From positions 160,001 to 224,000 of the forward strand of contig CAWBMV010000006.1 of assembly GCA_963789955.1 (NCBI GenBank): a stretch of 64,000 nucleotides of DNA. Direction: 5' to 3'. The position numbers and the translations under genes were made by a program. Each line of letters opens with the position of its first letter. Position 1 is the stretch's first letter. This stretch comes from an uncultured Candidatus Rokubacteria bacterium. GTDB taxonomy: Bacteria; Methylomirabilota; Methylomirabilia; Rokubacteriales; CSP1-6. The notes beneath the pieces are model-generated. The model worked only from the letters and a program-made list of their open reading frames with translations, was not told the DNA's origin and did no database searches. This document shows, one piece after another, positions 33,951 through 44,811 of this stretch.

Positions 33951-34709
33951 TCAGGCGCCCAGGTACGCCTTGATGACTTCGGGATGCTCCTGCACCTCAC
34001 GCGCGGTGCCGAGCGCGATCGGCCGCCCGTAGTTCACCGCGAGGACCCGATCCGACACCGAGCTGACGAGACTCATGTCGTGCTCGACCATCAGCACGGT
34101 GACACCGAGGATCGTCCGGATGTCCTGGATCCAGAACGCCATGTCCTCGGTCTCCTCGACGCTCAGCCCGGACGACGGCTCGTCCAGCAGCAGGAGCCGC
34201 GGGCGCGTGCAGAGCGCCCGCGCCACCTCGACGACCTTGCGGACGCCGTAGGCCAGGTTGACGACGAGGCTATCGCGATGCGGCTGCAGATCCAGGAAGT
34301 CGATGACCTTCTCGACCGCTTCCCGGTGCTCGAGCTCGAGCGCGCGCACCCGCGGCAGGAACAGGAGCTCTTCCACGAACCGCGAGCGCTTGTGGGCGTG
34401 GCGGCCGAGCAGGAGGTTCTGGAGCACGGTGGCGTGCTCGAACAGCTCGATGTTCTGGAACGTCCGCGCGATGCCGCGCCGCGCGACCTCGTGCGGCGCC
34501 ACCCGCGTGATGTCCTCACCGTCGAAGATCAGGCGGCCCGCGCTCGGCTCGTAGATGCGCGAGACCAGGTTGAAGATCGTCGTCTTGCCGGCGCCGTTGG
34601 GGCCGATGATCGTGAAGACCTCGCCCGGCTCGATCTGGAAGCTCACGCCGTCGACGGCCCGGAGGCCGCCGAAGTCCATGACGAGGCCGTCCGCGGCGAA
34701 GAGACTCAC
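33951..34709 (-). CDS. LivG-like ABC ATPase
   Basis: GPNGAGKTT, RTFQNIELF and VEHDM; GTG overlaps the upstream stop. Confidence 0.9.
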   Translation of the reverse strand: MSLFAADGLVMDFGGLRAVDGVSFQIEPGEVFTIIGPNGAGKTTIFNLVSRIYEPSAGRLIFDGEDITRVAPHEVARRGIARTFQNIELFEHATVLQNLLLGRHAHKRSRFVEELLFLPRVRALELEHREAVEKVIDFLDLQPHRDSLVVNLAYGVRKVVEVARALCTRPRLLLLDEPSSGLSVEETEDMAFWIQDIRTILGVTVLMVEHDMSLVSSVSDRVLAVNYGRPIALGTAREVQEHPEVIKAYLGA

Positions 34710-35849
34710 CGCAGGCGCTCCGACCGCATGTACGACTTCTGGCGCCTGAACGTGGCGCGCTTGTAGAGCGGGAAGGTCGAGAAGTAGAGCTGGATCTTCC
34801 GCCAGCGGCCATAGATGCCCAGCGGCTCGAACAGGATGAACAGCACGAGAATCAACCCGAAGAGCCCGGGCTCGAGGCCGGGCTTCTTGACGAACTGATC
34901 CACCGCCAGGAACGCCGCGCTGCCGGCTTCCTTTCCGAACGGAGCGGCGAGCGCGCCCGGCCCAGGCCGGGATCGAGTCGCGGGCCTGGGAGATCGCCAC
35001 CGGCAGCAGCGCCACGAAGACGGCGCCGAAGAGCGCGCCGTGCAGGGAGCCGAGGCCGCCGACGACCACCATCAGCAGAAACTGGATCGAGAGCAGCACG
35101 GTGAAGATGTCCGGAGCCAGAAACCCGATCTTGTGCGCGAAGAGCGCGCCGGCGACGCCCATCAGCGCGGCGGAGTAGGCGAAGGCGCTGGTCTTGTAGA
35201 CGGCAAGGTTCACGCCCATCGACTGCGCCGCGATCTCGCTGTCGCGGATCGCCACCCAGGCTCGGCCCGTCGGCGCGCGCAGGAGGTTGCCCGTCAGCCA
35301 CAGACCCCCGATCAGGAAGGCCAGGCACAGGAAGTAGAACGCGGCGTCGCCGCCCATGTTGACGCCGAAGACGACGGGCTTGTCCACCGCCTTGCCCTTG
35401 AGCCCGCCGGTGACTCGCTCCCAGCGCGTCAGCGCTTCCTGGATGATCAGCGCGAACGCCAGGGTCGCGATCGAAAGATAGACGCCGGTCATGCGCAGCG
35501 CGGGCAGGCCGACCAGGACGCCGACCCCCGCCGTCACGACGCAGGCGAGGGCGACCCCGACGACCCACGGCAGGCCGAGATCGTGAACGACGTAGACGTG
35601 CGTATAGGCGCCGATCCCGAGGAACGCGGCGTGGCCCAGGCTGACGAGGCCGGTGTAGCCCGCGAGCACCATGAGCGAGAGCCCGCAGAGCCCGTAGATG
35701 AAGACGAGGCTCACGTCGACGAGATAGGAGGGGATCAGCAGCGGCAGGACCAGCAAGCCCAGCAACAGGGCCAGATACCAGTTGCGCTGGACCCCGTCGC
35801 GAAAGATTCCCAGGTCCTGAGCGTAGGTGGTCTTGAAGATGAAGCGCAC
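34706..35849 (-). CDS. LivM-like ABC permease (frameshift near 34950)
   Basis: GLVSLGHAAF, AIRDSEIAAQSMG and VVGGLGS. Confidence 0.88.
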
Positions 35850-35852
35850 GCC

Positions 35853-36725
35853 TCAGACCTTCTTCCGCGTGATCGTGCCGAACATGCCCTGAGGCCGCAC
35901 CGCGAGCACGATGAGCAGCACGACGTACGCCGCGACGTCCTTGAATCCCTGGGGCAGGTAGGCCCCCGAGAAGAGCTCGATCAGCCCGATCGTGACGCCG
36001 CCGACGAGCGCGCCGGGGATCGAGCCGAAGCCGCCGAGCACCGCGGCCGCGAACGCCTTGAGCCCGATGAATCCGAGGTTGATGTCGATCAAGGACACCG
36101 GGGCCAGCAGGACGCCGGCGATCGCCGCGACCGCCGCCGAGATCGCCCAGATCAGCGAGAACATCAGCTTCACGGGGATGCCCATGTAGTAGGCCGCGAG
36201 CTGGTTCTGCGACGCGGCCTGCATCGCCAGGCCGACGCGCGTGAACGTGAAGAACGCGTAGAGGATCGCGCACAGCAGTAAGGTGCCGACGATGATCGAC
36301 AGGTACTCGTGGCTCACCGCGACCCCGGCCAGGCGCGTGGCGTGGGCGCTGAACGGCGTCGGGAGCGTGTAGATCTCCGAGCCCCAGGCGATCGACGCGA
36401 AGCTCCGGAAGATCGCGCCGAGCCCGATCGTGAGCATGACGACCGAGAACTGCGGCTGGCCGATGACTCTTCTGAGGATCGTCGCGTCCAGGACCGCGCC
36501 GAAGATTCCGACCAGCACCACCGCCAGCGCAAGCGCCAGCCAGTAGCCGACCCCGTACCAGACGACGAACATGTAGCAGGTGAAGGCGCCCAGCATCAGG
36601 AGATCGCCCTGCGCGAAGTTCACGAGCTCGGTCGCCTTGTAGATGAGCACGAAGCCGAGCGCCACCAGCCCATAGATGCAGCCCACCGCGAGGCCGTTCA
36701 GCACGAGCTGCAGGATGATGTCCAG
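35853..36725 (-). CDS. LivH-like ABC permease (probable CTG start)
   Basis: ALGFVLIYKATELVNFAQG and GGFGSIPGA; GGAGGAGG lies 5 nt before the CTG at 36725. Confidence 0.88.
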   Translation of the reverse strand: MDIILQLVLNGLAVGCIYGLVALGFVLIYKATELVNFAQGDLLMLGAFTCYMFVVWYGVGYWLALALAVVLVGIFGAVLDATILRRVIGQPQFSVVMLTIGLGAIFRSFASIAWGSEIYTLPTPFSAHATRLAGVAVSHEYLSIIVGTLLLCAILYAFFTFTRVGLAMQAASQNQLAAYYMGIPVKLMFSLIWAISAAVAAIAGVLLAPVSLIDINLGFIGLKAFAAAVLGGFGSIPGALVGGVTIGLIELFSGAYLPQGFKDVAAYVVLLIVLAVRPQGMFGTITRKKV

Positions 36726-36902
36726 GCCGCCCTCCTCCGGGTTGGCTCCGAAATGCTCCGTTTATAGCCAGCAAGCCGCCATCCGTCAAATTGGACGGGT
36801 ATTTCGCCTGGGCCACCGCGAAACCCTGGGCTGGGATTGCCACGCGCAGGGCACTCGTTTACACTTCGATGAACAGTCGTTCATTTTCCGGGAGGCCCTC
36901 GC

Positions 36903-37658
36903 ATGGATCGACCGATCGCCTACGACAAGCTCGCGCGAGAAGACCGATTCATCAGGATGCGCGCGCGGGACGTCGCGGAGCTGAAGGTCGCCCAGGGGCT
37001 CCCGCCGTTTCCCGATCTCTCGAGCGCCGAGTCGATCAAGGAGCGGGTCCACGGGATCATGGTCGGCGAGATGCAGGCGATGGAGGGTGCCGGCCGGAGC
37101 GTGTGCGACTTCCCCGAGGCGCCGTGGGACTTCACGATGGACATGGCGCGCCAGGTCTGGGACGAGTCGCGCCACGTCGAGATCTACCTGAGACTGCTCG
37201 AGCACCTCGACGGCTACGCCGGAGAGTATCCCGAGACGACGATCCTCTGGCGCTGCGCGTGCGCCGAGGACGCCGCGGCGCGGGTGGCCGGCGTCAACCG
37301 CGGCCTCGAGGGCCTGGCGTGCGACGTCTTCAACCAGCTCGTGCACATCGCCCGGAAGATCGGCGACCCGATCCTCGAGCGCGCGGTCGATTTCGTGCTG
37401 GCCGACGAGATCACGCACGTCCGCATGGGCTCGAAGTGGCTGACCAAGCTCACCGAGGGCGACGCCGAACGGCGGCGCCGCGCGATCGAGTTCCAGGAGA
37501 GCATCGACGAGCGCTTCAATCTGGGCGGTGTCCGCCGCGAAGGTGATCACGACGCGGTGTCCATCTCGATCGCCACCGACGTGCGGCGGATGGCCGGGTT
37601 CACGGAAGAAGAGATCGATCGGCTGATCAAGACCACCCAGCGGTCTCAGGTTTACTGA
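36903..37658 (+). CDS. Ferritin-like diiron protein (DUF455-like)
   Basis: Complete E...DESRH...E...DEITH ligand pattern. Confidence 0.8.
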   Translation: MDRPIAYDKLAREDRFIRMRARDVAELKVAQGLPPFPDLSSAESIKERVHGIMVGEMQAMEGAGRSVCDFPEAPWDFTMDMARQVWDESRHVEIYLRLLEHLDGYAGEYPETTILWRCACAEDAAARVAGVNRGLEGLACDVFNQLVHIARKIGDPILERAVDFVLADEITHVRMGSKWLTKLTEGDAERRRRAIEFQESIDERFNLGGVRREGDHDAVSISIATDVRRMAGFTEEEIDRLIKTTQRSQVY

Positions 37659-37663
37659 GCGGC

Positions 37664-38646
37664 GTGTCGCAGCCCCTGGAAGGAACCTTCAGCGCCGAGC
37701 ACTCCGCCCGGCTGCTCCGTAACTACCGCTACGTCGTCGAGCGCACCATGCGAGCGCTGGGCGGCTGGATCGCGCTCACGCCCGAGCTCTCGGCCAAGCT
37801 CCTGATGGGCCGACACGTCTGGGACCTCGCCCAGCACTGTGACGCCTTCGGCCAGCGTCTCCCGGAGCTCCGCGCCCGCGCCCAGGTCTCCGAAGCCGCG
37901 AACCCGGCGGTCGCCGCGCTCATGGACTCTGTCGAGGACGCCGAAGGGCCCGATCAAACCGTCGAGCGTCTGGTCGGCGTGTACGGCGTACTGAAGCCTC
38001 ATCTCCTCGCGACCTACCGCGATCATCTCGCGCACGCCAATCCGGTCTACGAGCCACCGACCCGCCGCATCCTGGCGCGCTGCATCGACGACGAGGAGCG
38101 CCACATCGCCGCCGGTCAGACGATCCTGCGCTACCTCGCGGCCGGTCCGCGTGCGGCCGAGCGCGTGAGCGCGCGGCGCCGGCACCTCGAGGGGCTGCTG
38201 GCGGCCGCCGGCGGGGTGACGGGGGCGGGAGTGCCGGCGCCGGGCCAGCGCGGTCATCGCAGCGCAGGCGGAGATGTCGGACGACGCGCAGGAGTTCATC
38301 CGGCTGGAGAAGGCGACGGGCACATGGCCGATCCCCGCGGATCTCGAGGAGGCGCAGCGCTCGTTCGCGTCGGCGCTCGTGGCCGGTGACGACGCGACCT
38401 TGACTCGCTGGCTCGTGCCCGGTCTCGAGATCCAGACCACCGCGCGCGCACTGCTGGACGGCGCGACGTACTCCAGCCACGCGACCGTCGCGTTCGCGCG
38501 GCTCGGGCCATCAGCGGCTCGTGAAAATGCGGCTCGACGGCCCGTCGAGCTCGGCGACCGTGCTCGCCCGCTGGACGCCGTCGCCGCAAGGCTGGCGCAT
38601 CGCCGCTCTCGACGTCGGCGGGCGAGACGCCGTCCGCCCGGCCTGA
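37664..38646 (+). CDS. Ferritin-like protein with a small C-terminal (possibly NTF2-like) domain (frameshifts near 38250 and 38505)
   Basis: HVWDLAQH and DDEERH helical motifs; C-terminal [15 protein letters not shown] strand pattern. Confidence 0.62.
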
Positions 38647-38653
38647 GCGGCCG

Positions 38654-40003
38654 TTGTTCGGCACCGTCCTCGTCGCCAATCGCGGAGAAATCGCCCGCCG
38701 CGTGTTCCGCGGCTGCCGTCAGCTCGGGCTCAAGACCGTTGCGGTGTACTCGGAAGCGGACCGCGGAGCGCTGCACGTCGCGCGACGCCGACGCGGCGGT
38801 CGAGATCGGCGGCGCGCCGGCCCGCGAGAGCTATCTCAATGCCGAGCGTATCCTCGACGCGGCCCGCCAGACGCGCGCCGACGCCATCCATCCCGGCTAT
38901 GGTTTTCTCTCCGAGAGCTGCGCGCTTCGCCGAGGCCGTTCAGCACGCCGGCATCGTCTTCGTCGGCCCCAGCCCGCGACGCCATCCGGAAGATGGGCGA
39001 CAAGATCGAGGCGCGCCGCCTGATGAGCTCCGCCGGCGTCTCGGTGCTGCCCGGCAGCTCCGGCGCGGTCGCCGACGTCGCCGGAGCCGAGGCGGCGGCG
39101 CGCGAGGTGGGCTATCCGATCATCCTGAAAGCCGCCGCCGGCGGCGGCGGCATCGGCATGGCCCGCGTCGACAAGCCCGGCGATCTCGCCGCCGCGTTCG
39201 CCGCGGCGAACCGGCGCGCCCAGGCCGCGTTCGGCACGGGCGAGCTCTACGTCGAGCGCTACCTCGAGCGGCCCCGACACGTGGAGGTTCAGGTGTTCGG
39301 CGACGAGGCGGGAACGGTCGTGCACATGCACGAGCGCGAGTGCTCGATCCAGCGGCGTCACCAGAAGCTCGTCGAAGAGTCGCCGGCGCCCGGGCTGCCG
39401 GCCGCCACGAAGTCCGGCCTCACCGCCGCGGCGGTCGCCGGCGCCCGCGCCATCGGCTACACGAACGCCGGGACGATGGAGTTCCTCGTCGACGAGCGCG
39501 GGGGATTCTATTTCCTCGAGATGAACGCGCGGCTCCAGGTCGAGCACCCCGTCACGGAAGAGGTGACGGGCCTCGATCTCGTCGTCGCGCAGCTTCGCGC
39601 CGCGGCGGGCGAGCCGCTGCCGTGGCGGCAGAGCGAGATCGTTCAGCGCCGGGCGGCTATCGAGTGCCGAGTGTATGCTGAGGATCCGTCGAAGGGCTTC
39701 CTGCCGTCGCCGGGAACGATTCAGAAGCTCGAGCTGCCGTCGGGAGAGGGAATCCGGATCGAGTCCGGGATCGAGGCGGGGAGCACCGTGTCGGTCCACT
39801 ACGATCCGCTGCTCTTCAAGCTGATCGCCCACGGAGCGACGCGCGCGGACGCGATCGAGCATCTGGCCGCTGCGCTCGATCGCTGCGTGATCGAGGGTGT
39901 CCAGACCACGATTCCGTTTCTGCGCCGGGTCGTCGCGAGCGCCGAGTTCCGGCAGGGTCGCGTGCACACGCAGATGCTCGAACAAGGAGCCTTCAATGCC
40001 TGA
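38654..40003 (+). CDS. Biotin carboxylase subunit (compensating frameshifts near 38780-38975)
   Basis: [38 protein letters not shown] and [14 protein letters not shown]. Confidence 0.92.
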   Translation: MFGTVLVANRGEIARRVFRGCRQLGLKTVAVYSEADRGALHVARRRRGGRDRRRAGPRELSQCRAYPRRGPPDARRRHPSRLWFSLRELRASPRPFSTPASSSSAPARDAIRKMGDKIEARRLMSSAGVSVLPGSSGAVADVAGAEAAAREVGYPIILKAAAGGGGIGMARVDKPGDLAAAFAAANRRAQAAFGTGELYVERYLERPRHVEVQVFGDEAGTVVHMHERECSIQRRHQKLVEESPAPGLPAATKSGLTAAAVAGARAIGYTNAGTMEFLVDERGGFYFLEMNARLQVEHPVTEEVTGLDLVVAQLRAAAGEPLPWRQSEIVQRRAAIECRVYAEDPSKGFLPSPGTIQKLELPSGEGIRIESGIEAGSTVSVHYDPLLFKLIAHGATRADAIEHLAAALDRCVIEGVQTTIPFLRRVVASAEFRQGRVHTQMLEQGAFNA

Positions 40004-40211
40004 GGAGATCAAGGCGCACATCACGGGGGTCGTGTTCCAGATCGCCACCAAGCCCGGTGACCGGGTGGCGGCGGGCGACGCGGTGATCGTGCTCGAGTCG
40101 ATGAAGATGGAGATCCCCGTCGAAGCGCCCAGGGCCGGCGCGGTGAAGGAGATCAAGGTCCAGGAAGGTCAGACCGTGCAGGAAGGCGACGTGGTCGCGG
40201 TACTGGAGTAG
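39996..40211 (+). CDS. Stand-alone biotin carboxyl carrier protein
   Basis: LESMKMEIPVEAP biotinylation motif; about 71 aa. Confidence 0.9.
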   Translation: MPEEIKAHITGVVFQIATKPGDRVAAGDAVIVLESMKMEIPVEAPRAGAVKEIKVQEGQTVQEGDVVAVLE

Positions 40212-40222
40212 GGAAGAGGCCG

Positions 40223-40733
40223 ATGAGCCTCGACCTCATCCGGGGACTGTACGACTACCACCGCTGGGCCAACCGGCGGCTCTTCGACGTCGCGCTCGCG
40301 CTCGGCGAGGACGCTGGCGGCCCGCGACGTCGGCAAGCAGTTCAGCTACACGACGATCCGGGAGATGTTCGGTCACCTCTACGGTGCGGACCGCATCTGG
40401 CTCTCACGCTGGACGGGGCGCTCGCTGACCGCGGACCCACGCGGGCAGTTCGCGACGCTCTCGTCGATCCGGGCGCCGTGGGACGACCTCGAGCGGGATC
40501 AGCGCGCCTACATCGAGGGATTGTCAGCGACGGATCTCGCGGGCGTGATCCAGTACACCAACGCCGAGGGCAAGCAGCTCAGGGCTCCGCTCGGGCCGCT
40601 GCTTCAGCACGTGGCCAATCACGCCACGCACCACCGGAGCGAGATCGCGACCATGCTGACGATGGTCAGCAGCTCGCCCCCGGACACCGGTCTCGCCACC
40701 TACCTTCTGGTCACGACGAATCAACTGCGGTAA
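40223..40733 (+). CDS. DinB/YfiT-family metalloprotein (frameshift near 40320)
   Basis: YHRWANRR, HLYGADRIW and HVANHATHHRSEI. Confidence 0.85.
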
Positions 40734-40762
40734 GCGCGTGACCTCGCGGGCGGCACGACTTC

Positions 40763-40830
40763 GAGGGGCGCCGGCTACGCCGGGGCGTCTCCGAGCGCGG
40801 GGGGCTTGGGGGGCCCTTCGAGGCCCCCCA
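40763..40830. repeat. GC-rich double hairpin between convergent genes (REP-like or terminator)
   Basis: CCGGC-tac-GCCGG stem and TGGGGGGCC-cttcga-GGCCCCCCA stem (40807-40830). Confidence 0.55.
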
Positions 40831-40836
40831 TCTCGC

Positions 40837-42338
40837 CTAATTCTCGATAAAGGCCCGGAGGTTGCGGCCGCGCAGCGGATGACGCAGCTTCCTGAGCGCC
40901 TTCGCCTCGATCTGGCGAATGCGCTCACGCGTCACCTCGAAGCGCTTGCCGACCTCTTCGAGGGTATGCTCGCCCTCTTCGCCGATACCGAATCGCAGTC
41001 GCAGGATTTCCTTCTCTTTCGGCGACAGCATCGACAGCGCTCGCTCGACCTGCGTGGTGAGGTCCTGGTTCAGCAGCGACTCGTTGGGCGAGCCCGCTGA
41101 CTTGTCCTCGAGGAAGTCTCCGAGCTCGGAGTCCTCACCAATGGGCGTCTCGAGCGACAGCGGCTTCCTCGACGACTCGAGGATGAGCCGAACCTTCTTG
41201 GCCGGCACGCCCGTGCGCTGCGCCAGCTCTTCCGGAGTCGGCTCACGACCGATCTCGTTGACCAGATTCCGGTTCACGCGTGAAATCCGGTTCAGGGTCT
41301 CGACCATGTGGACCGGGAATGCGGATCGTGCGCGAGTGGTCGGCGATCGCCCGGGTGATCGCCTGGCGAATCCACCAGGTGGCGTACGTCGAGAACTTGA
41401 AGCCTCGCCGGTACTGGAACCGGTCGACGGCCTTCATGAGCCCGATGTTGCCCTCCTGGACCAGATCCAGCAGGGAGAGATCGCTCCCGAGGTAGCGCTT
41501 CGCCACCGACACGACCAGGCGCAGGTTCGCCTCCATCAGCTCGCGCTTCGCCTGGCGCACCGTGCGGTCGCTCCTGTCGATCTGCTCGAGCAGAGGGCCG
41601 AGATGCTTGCGGGGAAGTCCTGCCCGCTTTTCGAGCAAACGCAGCTCTCGCGCGGCCGCCGGGTTGTGCGACCGCCGGTTGCTGCGATCCAGCTCGCTGA
41701 TCTGCTCCCAGCGACGCCGCACCTGCGCGACCAGCTCGTCGATCAGCGCCGGCTTGAGCGTCATTCCGGCGACCACGTCCTGGATCGCCTCGCGCGCCAC
41801 GGCAATGGCCGTGGCGGTGCTCTTGCGATAGGTTGCCGACCGCCGCCTGGCCTTGAGTGACTCTTCCAGGCGCGCGATCTTCCGCTCCAGCCGCCGAATG
41901 CGCTCGAAGGCCAGGACGATCGGCCGGATCGCCTTCGCTTCGAGCTCGCCCCCCTCCGGCAGGACGATCACGTCGTCGGCAGGCATCTCGCCACGACGCA
42001 ACTTATCCCCAACCTCGAGGAGGGCCTCGACGGCCATCGGGAATCGCGACGAGCGTGCGGCGCAGAGCGATCTGACCCACCTCGATGCGGCGGCCGATCT
42101 GCACCTCCTGCGCAGCGGTGAGCAGGGGAACCTTGCCGATCTCCTTCAGGTAGAGACGGACCGGATCCTCGCCCCTGCTGAGACCGGGAGCGTAAGTTTC
42201 CTCGACGGTCGCACGCGGAGTCTCCTCCGCCTCTTCATCGACCACCGTGTTTGCTTCGCGCTCTCCGGCCGAGGCCATGCTGACGGAAGCCACGGAGCTA
42301 CCCTCGACGGCATCCGAAGTCTCGCGAAATGTCATCAT
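40837..42338 (-). CDS. RpoD-like sigma70 factor without region 1.1 (frameshifts near 41315 and 42040)
   Basis: [40 protein letters not shown] and [19 protein letters not shown]. Confidence 0.9.
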
Positions 42339-42663
42339 GTCACCGGCTTTCTGTCATGGGATTCCTGTTGGTTCAGATGCAGGAACCCGCTTGAAAGTTT
42401 CACCAAACTAGACTTTCATCCCATCGGAGCCCGGCTTAGGGTCATTCCCGCTGGGATCCTCGGGCGTTTCCCCGAGCCCCGAGCTCGCACCGACCCTCGC
42501 GGCGATCCCGCGCAGCCCTCTGACCGCGATTGCCCGCCGATCTATTCATGACCCGGGCGCATCAGTCGTAAACGCAACGACCCCACCCGGAGTTCCTGGA
42601 GAAATCCCGGGCCGTCCACGGCAGTGCCGGGCCTGGAGCACCCGCAGGGGTAGAATCGACGCT

Positions 42664-44098
42664 GTGATCGCCCCGAGCGCCAGCTACAGCTTCACAGTCC
42701 GGCTGCAGATCGCGAGCCGACCGGGCATGCTCGGCCGGGTCGCGTCCGCGATCGGCGACGCCGGCGGAGATATCGGCGCCGTCGACCTGGTCGAGACCAC
42801 GCGAGAGCGGACCGAGCGCGACATCACCGTCAAGGCGCGTGACAGTGTCCACGCGCAGCAGATCGTCACAAGGCTGCGGCGCGTGGCCGGCATCCGGGTC
42901 GGCGCGATCTCCGACCGGACGTTCCTCATGCACCTGGGCGGCAAGATCGAAGTCCGCAACAAGGTGCCGATCCGGACGCGGGATGACCTCTCGATGGCGT
43001 ACACCCCGGGTGTCGCTCGAGTCTGCCTCGCGATCAGGGACGATCGGCAGCGCGCCTTCTCGCTGACGATCAAGCACAACACCGTGGCGGTGGTCACCGA
43101 CGGCACCGCGGTGCTGGGCCTCGGCGACATCGGCCCCGAGGCGGCGCTGCCGGTGATGGAAGGCAAGGCGATGCTCTTCAAGGAGTTCGCCGGCGTCGAC
43201 GCCTTTCCCATCTGCCTGGCGACCAAGGACGTGGACAAGATCGTCGAGACCGTGAAGCTGGTCGCGCCGGCGTTCGGCGGCGTCAACCTCGAGGACATCG
43301 CGGCGCCGCGCTGCTTCGAGGTCGAGGAGCGCCTGCGCAAGGAGCTGGATATCCCGGTCTTCCACGACGACCAGCACGGGACGGCGGTCGTGGTGCTCGC
43401 CGCGTTGCTCAACGCGCTCAAGATCGTCCGGAAGGACCCGAGGAAGATTCGTGTGGTCGTGACGGGGGTCGGCGCCGCCGGGACGGCCACCATCAAGATT
43501 CTTCAATCCCTGGGTGTCCGTGACATCATCGGCGTCGACGAGCACGGCACGATTCACCGCGAGCGGACACGAGGCATGGACTTCATGAAGCGCTGGGTCG
43601 CCGCCGCCACCAATCCCCGCCGGGTCAAGGGCAACCTGAGCGCGGCGCTCGAGCGCGCCGACGTCTTCATCGGCCTCTCGGTCCCGGGGATCCTGTCCGC
43701 GCGCGATCTGAAGCGGATGGCGCGCGATCCCATCGTCTTCGCGATGGCCAATCCCGACCCGGAGATCCGACCTGAAGAGGCCCAGACGGCACGTGCGCGT
43801 CATGGCGACGGGCCGCTCGGACTACCCGAACCAGATCAACAATGTGCTGTGCTTCCCGGGCTTCTTTCGGGGATTGCTCGACGCCCGCGCGCGCGTGGTC
43901 AACGACGAGATGAAGCTCGCGGCGGCGCGCGCGCTGGCGGCGTGCGTGAGCCGGAGCGAGCTCTGCGAGGAGTACATCATCCCCAGCGTCTTCAACAAGG
44001 GTGTGGCGCCGGCGGTGGCCGAAGGGGTGGCCCGGGCCGCGCACGACACCGCCACGGCTCGTCGGCGGCGGCGCCTGGACGTCTCCCGCATCCGGTGA
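42664..44098 (+). CDS. NAD-dependent malic enzyme with N-terminal ACT domain (frameshift near 43790)
   Basis: [35 protein letters not shown] and [12 protein letters not shown]. Confidence 0.92.
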
Positions 44099-44811
44099 CA
44101 CCTCGCTGGTCGGTGGTCATTCCGGCGTTCAACGAAGCCGAACGCCTTCCGCCCTTTCTGGAGAAAGTCGTCGCGTACTTCGAGGGCCGCGACGAGCCCT
44201 ACGAGGTCATCGTCGTCGACGACGGCTCCACGGACGGCACGGCCGATATCGTGGGAGCCCGGCATCTTCCGGCGGTTCGCGTGCTGCGTCTTGCCGCGAA
44301 TACCGGGAAGGGCGCCGCGGTGCGCGCCGGGATGCTGGCCGCGAAGGGAGCGTACCGCGTCTTCGCGGACGCCGACGGCGCGACGCCGATCGAGGAGATC
44401 AAGCGCCTCGAGCCGATGCTCGTCGCCGGCGCCGACGTCGTGATCGGCTCCCGGGTCCTCGTCGATCCGGGGGTCGCGGTGACGACGCGGCCGCATCGGG
44501 TGGCCGCCGGTCGTCTCTTCAACTGGCTAGTGGCGCGGGTCGGTCTGCGGGACATCGCCGACTCGCAGTGCGGCTTCAAGGCGTTCACCGCGCCGGCCGC
44601 GAGCCGGCTGTTCGACGCGCTCTCGACAGAGGGCTTCGGCTTCGACGTCGAGATCCTGCTGCTGGCCCGGGCCGCCGGCTGTCGGATCGTCGAGGTCCCC
44701 GTCAACTGGACCGATCAGGCCGGGAGCAAAGTGGGCGTGCTTCGCCATGGGCCCGGCATGCTCTGGCAGATCGTGCAAGCACGGCGAAGAGTCGGCAGGA
44801 GGCGCCCGTGA
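44095..44811 (+). CDS. GT2 polyprenol-phosphate glycosyltransferase (Alg5/DPG synthase-like)
   Basis: [38 protein letters not shown] and GFGFDVE. Confidence 0.9.
   Translation: MTPRWSVVIPAFNEAERLPPFLEKVVAYFEGRDEPYEVIVVDDGSTDGTADIVGARHLPAVRVLRLAANTGKGAAVRAGMLAAKGAYRVFADADGATPIEEIKRLEPMLVAGADVVIGSRVLVDPGVAVTTRPHRVAAGRLFNWLVARVGLRDIADSQCGFKAFTAPAASRLFDALSTEGFGFDVEILLLARAAGCRIVEVPVNWTDQAGSKVGVLRHGPGMLWQIVQARRRVGRRRP

Noticed and set aside
30113..36725. Acyl-CoA ligase inside a liv-type ABC operon
   Set aside because: A widespread, previously noted operon type; of interest only through its divergent neighbours.
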